64,000 bases of DNA from assembly GCA_051294375.1 (NCBI GenBank), contig CM119267.1, positions 13,339,081 through 13,403,080 on the forward strand, written 5' to 3'. Position numbers and translations under genes: made by a program. Under the pieces are notes generated by a model. The model was given only the letters and a program-made list of their open reading frames with translations. It did not search any database and had not been told where the DNA came from. Shown in pieces: positions 12,578-23,427 of this stretch; position 1 is the first letter of the stretch; each line of letters begins with the position of its first letter. The stretch comes from Paraspadella gotoi (taxonomy: Eukaryota > Animalia > Chaetognatha).

Positions 12578-12846
12578 TGTCAGAAGATACAACGTTATGG
12601 CAACAGCGCGAGTTGCCTGTGATGCCCATTGGGACGGAGCATCTCACTGTTGGCTTTGGGGGCTTCCGACCCACAGAGACGCCTCCAGTCACTGGCGCGG
12701 TTACCCTAGGACGGTCTCGCTTTTCCAACGCCGAGGGAAGTCGTTAGGATGGAATGCAACACCTGGGATGGTGCGTTCCCCCTCAGAACCAATGGAATTG
12801 GCTGAACGATGGAAGACGTGAGGCGGTGTGAATATACCGCCACAAT
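12578..12846 (-). mobile_element. GC-rich structured repeat, probable solo LTR with a 5S-rRNA-like core
   Basis: Starts near TGTGG with a GGCGGT/ACCGCC hairpin and ends in CTGACA. The 118-nt core (12685-12802) resembles 5S rRNA at both ends. Partial copies at 10618 and 17572. Confidence 0.55.
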
Positions 12847-12850
12847 GTAC

Positions 12851-12952
12851 CTTTTTTTGTCCCGAATTGGGGCAAGGAAATTTTAGGTAGATGAAAACCG
12901 AATTTTAAGCTCGTATCCTCTTCCTCCTTTGGCATGTTGGCGTCTTCGACAT
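12851..12952 (-). CDS. Large acidic disordered motif-repeat protein, exon 5 (102 nt)
   Basis: TAG|AT GTC...DVEDANMPKEEEDTSLKFGFHLPKISLPQFGTKK G|GTAC; phase 1-1. Confidence 0.8.
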
Positions 12953-13041
12953 CTACGTAATCGAGAATTTTATTAACGATATCGTTAAGGGCAGGCCATC
13001 AAACGTGGAAGGAGATCAGAGAGTTTTTCCCAATAATTTAC

Positions 13042-13356
13042 CCGTCGTGGCATCCGATTTTTCCTCTTTCTTTTCGTTTCCTTCCTCCCTTTCTTCCGAG
13101 AGAATGATCGTGTCAACGTCCGTTTCCTCCCTTTCCTCTTCTTTCCTTTCCTCCGCTTCGTCGACTACTTTCTCTTCATAAATTACGATGTCCGCATTCG
13201 TCTTCGTCGCCTCTTTTTCTTTTCCCGTCACTTCCTCCCTTTCTTCCTCCGCCCTCTCCACCTCCCTCTCCTCTTCCTCCCTCGTTTCTTCTGGCGTGGC
13301 TTCGACGCTGGGAGTCCTTTCCTCTGTTACTTCAGGCGACGCTGACGATTTGTCGT
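13042..13356 (-). CDS. Large acidic disordered motif-repeat protein, exon 4
   Basis: 315 nt, phase 1-1, Glu-rich. Confidence 0.8.
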
Positions 13357-13594
13357 CTGTCAAATGGAGAAAATGACTGGAATGACCTTGAAACGGATTA
13401 AAGATGATCGAAAAAAAAGTAATTGAACAATAATAAACATAAAATGAATAGACACCATTCCTTTAGGAAATATTTAGTTACTATTTAAAAAAAGATGAAA
13501 ACAATGTAAGAAACTAAGGAAACAAAATAAACAAAAACAAATAAAACCAAAATGATGAAAAAAAATTAACAAAGAAAAAACCCAAAAAATTAAC

Positions 13595-15755
13595 CTTTGT
13601 CACCGGACTTGGACTTGAACATTTTGGGCACATGCAGCTTGGACTTTTTCTTCTTCTTGGGTACGACGACCGCTACACTTTCCTCTTCCGCTTCTTTCTT
13701 TCCTTCCTCCTTTTCATCCTTCCTCTCCTTCTTCTCCTTCTTCTCCTTCTTCCCGATCGAAGGAAGATGCAACTTGGGCAAATGAAACTTGGCCCTTTTC
13801 TCTTTCTCCTTTTCTATTTCCTCTTCCTTCTCATCCTCCTTCATCTCCTCCACGACCTCTTCCTCCTCTCTCTCGATCTCCACAACAACGGCCTCGACGG
13901 GCACGCCCCCGACGGGCACGCCCTCGATGGCTTCCACTTCCTCGGTCCTCTCGATGATGATGTGTTCTTCTTTCATAGTGACCTCCACAGTGCGTTTCAC
14001 TGTGGCTGTGAAAGACTCTTGGATGGTGAGTCGCGACATTTCTTCGGCGAGTCGTTCCAGCGTCGGCGAGTCGGCCGCGGCGGCTTCCGCATCCAACTGG
14101 CGCTGCATCTTCGCGGACGGGAGATTCCGGGAGAGGCATCTCGGCGGCCTCGGCGAGGAGGTCGTCCCGCTCGAGCACGTCGACGACGCTCTCCACCGTC
14201 GTTAAGGTTCCTTCCGTGGTTTCGTCCTCGGCGCGTCGAGCGCCGCTTCGCCCTCAGTAGGCGACGCCGGTTCCACGACTCCGGTTTCTTCCGGCGTAAG
14301 GACGACGAGCTCCTCAACCGGTTCCATCGCCGGTTCGATCAACGAAACCTCCGATACGGGCGGGCGTCGCTTCTTTCGATTCCGTCCTTTTTCCGAAGCG
14401 AAGAGAAAAAGATTCCATTTTGCTTTTGTAGTTTTTGTTTCGAGGTTTTTCCGTTTTCGTCGTCGTCTCGGTGACCGGAAGATCCTCCGGCGACGGAGAA
14501 TTCTCGGCGTCGGTCGCCTCTATCGGCTCCACGACGCTCCGGCGGAAGACGTGGCTGAGACTCGACGTCGATTTCGATCGCTTCTTTTCCGAACTTTTGT
14601 CCAGTTTCGTTTCCTCCGACCGTTGGTCGGTCGGTCGCTCTTCCACTTCGTTTCGTGCGACTGACTCCGTCTCTCTCGCGTCCTCCTCCCTCGCTTCTTC
14701 TTTCCTCTCCATCTCCTCCTTCTCTTTCTCCTCCTCTTCATCGCTCTCACGATTTCCGACGCAAGAGAGATTTCTGTACGACGAAGTCTTCGAGTCTCCC
14801 TCGACGCGACTCCGCCGCAAGAAGGAAGGCATTCGGGGGAGAGATTTCGAGCGTTTCTTCGTCCCGCTTTTATTTTCTTTTTCCTCCGCATTTTCTTCCC
14901 TTTCTTCCGGCAACTCTTCTTTTCTTTCCTCCTTGTTTCTCGCGAAAGACGGCATCTTCGCTTTAAGTTTTGACTTTTTTCTTTTCGGCTTTTCCTCTGT
15001 TTCTTCTTCTTTTCTTTCCTCCTTCGCCTCCTCCTTTTTTAAAAACGAGGGCATGCCGTGTTTCTTTTTCTTCTTTTCAACGGACGCGGCGACGGAAGCC
15101 TCGACTGCGGCTTCTTCGATGGGATGGAGGGCGTCATCGGACTTGGATGTTTCTTCAACGGCTTCTTCGACCGGTGTCGATTCAAGCGTAGCCTCCTTAA
15201 ATTCCATTTCGGCGTCGCTCGCAGTCGGGACGTCTTCCAGGGTGCACTTGATTGAAGGAGCGTCGCCGACGTCCACCACGTCCTTGACGACTTCGGCGAC
15301 GCCGATCGAGCCTTCGGGGTCGGAGGCGGCGGGGATCTCCTCCGGCGCCGAGCTGGATCGAGGTCTATCTTCGACGGCGCTCACTGCCCTCTCGAGGCCG
15401 GCTTTGACTTCTTCCTCCACGGAGGCGGCGTCCACGACGACCACCGTGGGTACGCTACGTCCTTCGGCGTTCTTGGTTGCACCGCCGGCGCTGACCCCGG
15501 CGAAGGACCGACGAAAGAACTCGCCCACTTTGGGCCTCTTGATTCTGATTTTGACCGCGCGCTTTTCGTGAAGAGCGGCGTCGTCCAACGCCGGTCCTGA
15601 GGCGATCGCCAAGTCGTACTCTTCCTCCGGCGTCGTGGCCTTGGGGGTGGTCTCCTCGCTCGGCGTTCCGGCGTCTTTTCCTTTGGACATGAAGTCGAGA
15701 TGGAGAATTTTAGAGACTGATCGGGGCTTCTTGGCTTTGGAAGACGGTTCCGAGT
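13595..15755 (-). CDS. Large acidic disordered motif-repeat protein, exon 3 (three apparent frameshifts)
   Basis: TTTCCAG acceptor 15756, G|GTTA donor 13594. Protein-like sequence switches frame near 14362, 14233 and 14122. Confidence 0.75.
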
Positions 15756-16699
15756 CTGGAAAGAATTTATCAACATTAGTCATTAATTCATTTAAATATC
15801 GCGATTCCTTTCGATCTAAGGGAGGTCGCCTACGATTCCTTTTTTATATTTTCAAAACGAAATTTATCTCCCAAGAAAAATCAGGTGTGAAAGAAAAGAA
15901 ATTTCTTGCATACTAATATCGCGATAAAACAACATCAAGTTAGCTTGACTTTTTCAAACAAACTTTTTTCTAGCAAAAAATAAAAAATATGTGATAAAAA
16001 ATTGTTCTAAATGTTTTATTGAGTTTGGAAGATTTATTAAAATCTTTTTTCATTTATTACCGTTAAAATTATTGTAAAATTAAAGAACATTAGAGACGCA
16101 TCCGATACGATTCTCCATTCCCTTTTTAGTTCCCCATAATTGTTTAGCTCTCGGACGCAGTGTCCATGAATAAGGATAAAGGGATTATTTCCGAGCCCAC
16201 TCGTTAAGTAAATGGCCGGATCGCTTTTCCCTCTTGTTTCTCCCGCTCTCCCTCCGGTCATTTCCGGCTAAAAGTCATTTTTTATGGTTAATTATTAAAG
16301 CGCGACCTCTGGTTGAACGCGGCGAAAGCCCGCATTTGTTTTTAAATCCCCTCGGGTGGTTTTATCGTTCCCTTGTTTCATTTTATCTCTCTTCGCCTAG
16401 TTGTTATTGGCCGGGTTTCAGCCGGTACTGGGGTTTGTTTAGTGCCATTCATTCAAGAATTATTGGGCGCTACTTGTAGATCCGGCGCTGGGCCAACAGG
16501 CGAGTAGGTTTTTTAAAATATAACAAATGTTTACTTATGTATTAGAAAAGTTTTCATTCTCATTATTTATTTTAAATGTTACGTGTTCTGTTTTCCTTTT
16601 ATCTTTGAAATAATAATTCAATTTTCCAAGAAATACACATTCATTTCATAGTATTACTCTATACCATCGGGTTTCATGACTCTGAAACTCTGAACTCAC

Positions 16700-17525
16700 C
16701 TGCGTCGACCTCTTCCTCCCTTTCCTCCCCCACCTCCTCCTCCTCCTCCTCCCGTCGCACCTCCACCGATTTGGGTCTCTTCTTCGACCGGAAACTCTCG
16801 AAGATTCCCGAGACTCGACTCTTTCTCTTCTCCTCTTTCCTCCCTTCCTGCCTCTCCTCCTCTCCTTCCTCCACTTTCTTCTTCTTCGGCTTGGAGGAGC
16901 GAAGTCCTTTCATCATACGAGAAAACTTCGTTCCTTCTTTCTTTTTCGTTTCGCTCTCGTCGTCTTCTTCATCGTCGTCTTCGTCGTCGGCATACTCGGT
17001 TATTTTTTCGTCGTCGTCGTCGTCGTTCTTGTTGACTTGAAGGGGTTGACTTTCCGAGACGGAAACGTCCGCATTTTCCATTTGTGGCCGATCCTCCTGT
17101 TTTTTCTGCTCCTCCCGTGTTTCTTGACTAGTTTCTTCTTTCCTCTCATCTTCTTCAACGTCTTTTGTTTCCAGGTCGTCTACTTTAACGGCTGCTAGAG
17201 TCGCGTCAGTCGTGGCACCATCGTCGTCCACTTTCAAAGCGGTCATTGTCTCCGCCTCCTCGGCGTCTTTGTTTGGCGACTCCTTCTCCGAGATTTCCAA
17301 TTCGAACTTCTCGGCGACCTCTTCCTCCTCTGGACGCCTGTCCTCAATCTCGACGGCCTCCTTGTCGGCTTTGTCGGTCTTCGGCGATTTGTCGGTCTCC
17401 TCGGCGGCCTTGTTGTCCAAACACTGGAGGGAGACGCCAAGCGGCGCCGAATCCACGTCGAAGTAACCGGCGTCCTTGAAGACCTCGTTCACGTTCTCCT
17501 GAAGGACGCCGCTGGTCGCATTTTC
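16700..17525 (-). CDS. Large acidic disordered motif-repeat protein, exon 2
   Basis: CCCTCAG acceptor (phase 0, ENATSGVLQ...), G|GTGAGT donor (phase 1). Confidence 0.82.
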
Positions 17526-17599
17526 CTGAGGGGGAAGAAAGAAAAGAATATTTTTGTTTGTTTGTTTATTTGGACGTGAGGCGGTGTGAATATACCGCC

Positions 17600-17837
17600 A
17601 CAATATCAACTTTATATGAAAAATCCAAATCTGCAAAATAATCTTACAAAAAACTATTTTAAAATTTTAACATTTATAGAATTAGTATTATGTATAAATA
17701 TGGCCTATTGTGTAAATTCTAAAATTTATATTAAAATTTTTTTATATAAATGTTCATTAGTATTGTTCATTAGTATAATGTTGTTCGTTTCTCACTTTTA
17801 AAATTTTCATTTAAGTTAAATTGAGAATTTTTACTAA
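17600..17837. mobile_element. AT-rich MITE-like repeat (fragment)
   Basis: Homologous to 57110-57311 (AATCCAAATCTGCAAAA...TAGTATAATGTTGTTCGTT.CTCACTTTTA). The 56815-57311 copy is an imperfect palindrome. Confidence 0.65.
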
Positions 17838-18459
17838 GCATAAGCATAAGCAATAAGCAAAAGTACAATATGATTTTTCTCGTTTGTAACATTTCGTGAC
17901 AGTAAACCAATGCTTTCATAAAATTTCAAAATATTTATGGTAGTCAGTTTTGAAGGACGCGGTTTAGCATTTTCTAAGATGAATAATAAAATTATATATT
18001 GTTTATTAAGAGGAGGTCAAATTTAAAACTTTATCGTTTGATTTTTTTCTGATGATTAAAGTACTTAATTAAAGCACGATAGCTTTTTTTTTCCTATTTA
18101 AAAATGATTTATTCAAATATCAAAATAACACAGACAGCTAAAAAATTTAAATCAAGGGTATTAAAAAAGTTGTTAAGTATTAGTCCTATTATTATGCACG
18201 AAAACAAAACCAAGTTTTAAGAATATAAATAATCCTCTTGATCAAAAATTTTTTTTTATTCAGCCCTAAGGAGGTCATATTATATATTAAAACTTATTTA
18301 CCGGCCAAAAAATATATTTGACAATGAAATTAACCGACTTTTCCAAACCGCGAAAAATTTTTTTCCATCAGTAACGGGGTATGAAATACTACGGCTACAA
18401 TGGTATAAATATACAATATACAATATTATACATATCCGCCAACAACGACAGGAACCAAC

Positions 18460-18855
18460 CTGCAGCCTTCGATAAGCCTCCAGTCCCTTGAGCAGCAACC
18501 TCAGCTCCACCGGCTGCACCTCCAACTCGTTAACCTCCACCCCTTCCGGAAGTTGACGCTTCAACGCCTCCGCGATTCGCTCCGCCACTTCCGCTTTACG
18601 TTCCGAAAAAAAGTCGCCGACGGGAACAAACTTTGTCGTCGTCGTCGTTGTCGTCGACGGAGAATGACGAGGGGCGGGAACGTCGTCGTCCTCGTCTTTC
18701 GTCGTCGTGTTGAAGATTCTGAGCGCGACCCCAAGGACCATCGCTTCCTCCTTATCTCGTTCGATAAGACCTTCCTGGGAAGAATCCACTTGCGCCGTCG
18801 TCGTTGTCGTCGTCGTTGTCGTCGAAGCGACAGAAGTTTCCCTCGTCGATTCCAT
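18460..18855 (-). CDS. Large acidic disordered motif-repeat protein, first visible coding exon
   Basis: ATG at 18855 (MESTRETS...LEAYRRLQ). The CAG|GTTGGT donor is phase 0, matching exon 2. Confidence 0.7.
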
Positions 18856-19356
18856 GTTTCCTTTTTTTTTTCTTTTTTTGAAGAGAGATCGATCGATGTT
18901 TGAGAGAAAAAACTTTGTTTTATTATTTATTTACTCTTCTTTTTTTTTCCTGTTGTAAATTCGTGATATTTTTTCTTTCTCTCTATCCAGAGTCGTTGGT
19001 CGATTAGAGTTTATTCGTTTTTCAGATTTGTTTGCTTTAGTGCGATTACTTTTTTTTTTTTTTACGAGATGATTTATATTAGATCACGTTTGTAATTTAT
19101 TCGTCGTGTAGAGAGAGAGAGAGAGAAAAAGAGAGAGATCTTTTCGGGTTTTTAGTTTCACGATTTAAATTATTAAACCTTAAAGTAACTCGGGAGCCAC
19201 CAAGGTCTTTGTGTGCGTTCCACCGGGTTTGAGGGCAGAAGCGAAATGGAGCGGTTTTTTTTCGACGCCTCACTTTTTATACTCGAAACAATCGATTGGG
19301 CAAAGTTCACCAGATCGAAGAAGATCCCGTTGACAGGGCGTCACGATGACAACAAT

Positions 19357-19455
<99 letters not shown>

Positions 19456-21112
19456 AAGTCATAAATTAAAATTTGATTAGGGGCGTGACTGCTTATTCAA
19501 CGTGGGTAATTTTTTTTTTAATATTGAAAGGTCATCGAAAATAAATTTCTGATATCTTTGTAAATTATAGTACTGAGACTCTAGTGAGACTCTAGTGAGA
19601 GCAGTAAATTTGCATCTTCGCAGTTGAAATCTTCGGCCGCGTGTCTAATGTCAATAACCTTTTTTGATAACTAAGCCATTTCTAAGTTGCGCACGTAAAT
19701 GTGAAAGTATTTCAAATTCAAGCCCACTTTTGGTTCCATTTTTATCGCCACTTCTCCTAATTCTGCCAAAAAAGTTCCTCGTAGACAATCAAGTACGGTA
19801 ATTCAAATTTGTTGCACGGCAGTGACTGTCTTATCACGTGTATTTCTCGTGACATGACATGACATGACGTATTAGGATTTCCTGAACGTGTCGCTGGCAG
19901 TCCCTTAGATTTGATGTTTTTTCCTGTCTTGACAAATGAGCCACCAACTATATGCAAGTTATGAGCGTTTTTAACCAAAGTTGCTCCGCGAGTATTCGCG
20001 CCGCAACTATAAATGAGAGTTGTTTCATAAGTAGCAAATAGTGAATCTCAAATCGGTGATGCTTTCGGGAAAAAAACGCTGTGAATTTTTCGGGGATTAA
20101 TCACCAATCAATGGCGTTGTTTCATAATATTAATAATATAGAAACCGAATTCCACTGCGAGTCATTCGCTCTTCGATCTTTGAAACGGACGCGAACTGTC
20201 TCTCTCGTCTCTGTCTCCGTCAAGGATTCTCTCAATCAAAGTCTCATCGATCGAGAAATGCGATGAGAGATAGTCTCATAGATAGGAGAGAGATTTTAGT
20301 TTTTCCGTAAACTTTCTAAGTCTCTCCATTCCTCCTCCCCCTCTCCTGACACTGTCATCCGTTCCCTCTCTCTCTCTCTCTCTCTCGTACACGCGAAATA
20401 AAAGATGAACGGAACCCTTTCCCCTGATCAGGGTCTTTCAGGCTCAGAATTATTATTATATACGTCAATAGATGCATTCGTTAAATATCTTTTTCATTAG
20501 ACGAATTTCATTTTCGTAAAACTTTTATAGATTCTTCCTTAATAAGTGCGTCAAAGAGATAATAATCATTCTTTTTTTCATAGAATCCTTTGTTTTCTCT
20601 TCTCCCTTTTATCCGAGTTTCCTCTAATTCATCTCGAGCTCATTTTTCTCGGAAGGATAAAAGTTTTCGTCATCCCAAATCGATTTTCTCTCTCTCTCTC
20701 TCGGTATGCGTCGCACAGCTCGACATGTGGTATGGTATATAGAGAGGGTAGTATAGATACGGCGTATTAGTTCTTTTCTCTTCTCTCTCCTCAGGTTATT
20801 TTGAGAGAGACATTGCACATTGCAGATCATAAATCATTTGCGAAAACAACTTTTTTTACGAAAATGAGCGTCCACGAACTCTTGCGACATCTTTGACGCT
20901 GTCGTCGTCGTAATCGTCGTAAATGACGTCGCAGTCGGCGTCGTCGACCTTCAGAGTCTTCATAATCGTCGTAGTCAAAGGAGGAATCAGATGGTCATTT
21001 CTCCCGATTGAAACGACTCTCTCTCTCTCTCTTCCTTTGTCTCTCTCTCTTTTTTTTTCCCTTTCCTTCTCTCTCTCTCTCTCTCTCTCTCTCTTCTTCT
21101 TCTCTCCTCTCT

Positions 21113-21153
<41 letters not shown>

Positions 21154-21463
21154 TCTACTGCTCTCTCTCTCTTATGGAATTTGGTTGGTCGTTGGAAAAT
21201 TACGTCAGGGAATTCGACCATGACTGCCACGGAGTCAGAGAACGACGACAACGACAGCAGTCAAAACGACGACGACAACGAAAATGATTCTGTCTCTCTC
21301 TCTCTCGTTCTCCCGAGCGAAATGGACGCTTGGAATCGAAATGTCCTTCGATATCATTTTCGCCAGCGGAGGGAGCATGGCATGGCATGGCATGTCGACC
21401 CCATTACGGACCGTGTCGACATCGGACAAAATCTGCGTTTTGGTGAAGGAATAAGCGTGAATT

Positions 21464-21550
<87 letters not shown>

Positions 21551-21708
21551 AGAGTCACAAACCCGCGACAATCCGGGCGATTCCACAGAGAATCCGGTCG
21601 GAGATTTGGTTTTCCGGTGGAAACGGACGAAACCACTTTGAATTCCCTTTTTAGCGCCAAGGGGCGACATTTCTTGGAAATACTAGAGGAGAAACTTAAG
21701 GGAGAGGG

Positions 21709-21739
<31 letters not shown>

Positions 21740-23334
21740 GAGAGAGAGAGAGAGAGAGAGGCTTTTAGTCGAAGATCGAAGTCGGAAATCCTGAGAATTT
21801 AATCACCGTCAAGTTTTCTCCTCCCGATTCATCCGTCATCTAATTAAGGAGGGAGGCGAGGGAGGGAGATCAAGGGCTCTAGGCGGCACAGAAAGACAGC
21901 GACAGAGATGAAGGAGAAAAGGCAAAAGATAGAGACAGGGCACACTTAAAGAAATGTAAAAATTGGGAGATAGAGGGGGTTGGATATAAAGGAGTAAACT
22001 AGGAAAGATAAAGGGATAAAAGAAAACGAGGGGAAAGTAAAAAAAAATGCAACAAGAAACTTGGGGAAGAAAAACGTATAAAATTAAACCAAAGAAAAGT
22101 GGGAAAAAAAACAGGAGGCAGTTGGGGGGAAAAAAAAGAAAACCGAAGGTAAAGGTAAAGAAAAAAGGTGAAAGAAAAAACGACAAAAAATAAACTGGAA
22201 ATTGGAAAATAAGAAAAAAAGAGAAACGAGAACTGGAAATAAAGAATAGAAGATAAGAAAAAATAAGGAAAGCGACAGAGGAACCACGAAACGGAGACAT
22301 AAAAGAAGAGGAATGGCAATAAACCCAACGGAGGAATAATTTGGCGGGAAAAATTTTTTTCGAAAAATGGGAGTGAACCGGGTGATTGAAGAGAAAAAGT
22401 TAGGGGGGCGTATGAGGGGAGAGGGGAGAAGAGAAAACGAGGTGATAATCGAAATGCCAAATGGGGATAGAATTCATAATCGTAAAAGGCGGTGAAAAGA
22501 AATAGTGTGGCTGCCTTCGAAGAAAGAGGTTTCAATAAAGGGAATAGGGAATCGAAATGAAAAGAGAAGTGATACGTTTAGGAGTTGATGAGAGCTGTGA
22601 AACTGTTTGTGACTTTTTATAGGGCAATGACACAGTTTATGCACTTTAAATTATCGAAGATCGTGTATAGACTTTGATTAATTTTATTTTAAAGTAAGTT
22701 ATGCTCAGAATCAGACGCGACATTCTTTCCTCCAATCTCAAAAAGAAATCTATATTTAAGTGAGACTTTTTTCGTAACGAGTGTCTCTGTCTTTTTTGTG
22801 TCACCAAACGGATTTCTAATTCACAGGAGATTTTGTTCCAATATATGGTCGCCATAAGCGAAATAAAAAAAGAGAAAACTGGTGACAGAAGGTAAATGAG
22901 AGAGAATCACAGAGAAAGAAATGGACCGCAAAAAACAATGGGGTGAAGAGGTCACGTTTACGATTTACAAGAAAAAGCATAACAACGCAAAAACCGGAAC
23001 GCGAACGCCAACTCTCTCTAACTCTCCCTCACTCTCCATCTCTTTCTCTCTTCACCCTTTTTTCTTTCCATTTTCCTTATTCCGTTCGCATGAGAAATTC
23101 GAGACGAGTTGAGCAAGTAAAAAAAAAACAAGGCAAAACAAAAAACACAGGTTTTTGTTGTTGTCCGCCAGATGGAAATGAATTTCAAACTTCACAACCC
23201 TCACTTTTAAAATCGACGGTTATCGCCGAGTTCAACTCGTTCGTCGAATTCACAATTTTGGTGGCGAAACTCAAGGGGAAGAACCCCTACGAAAAAAATT
23301 TTGTCGTCAATATTGTCCATAATTATAGGATTAC

Positions 23335-23427
<93 letters not shown>

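Noticed and set aside
6440-15571. Long + strand ORFs (e.g. 6824-7669, 13632-14474, 14435-15571)
   Set aside because: Antisense shadows of GC-rich minus-strand exons; Ser/Phe-rich and without splice support.
19177-19357. Possible extra upstream exon of the large acidic gene
   Set aside because: It has an acceptor and a phase-0 GT, but all three frames from the acceptor hit stops. At most a UTR exon; unsupported.
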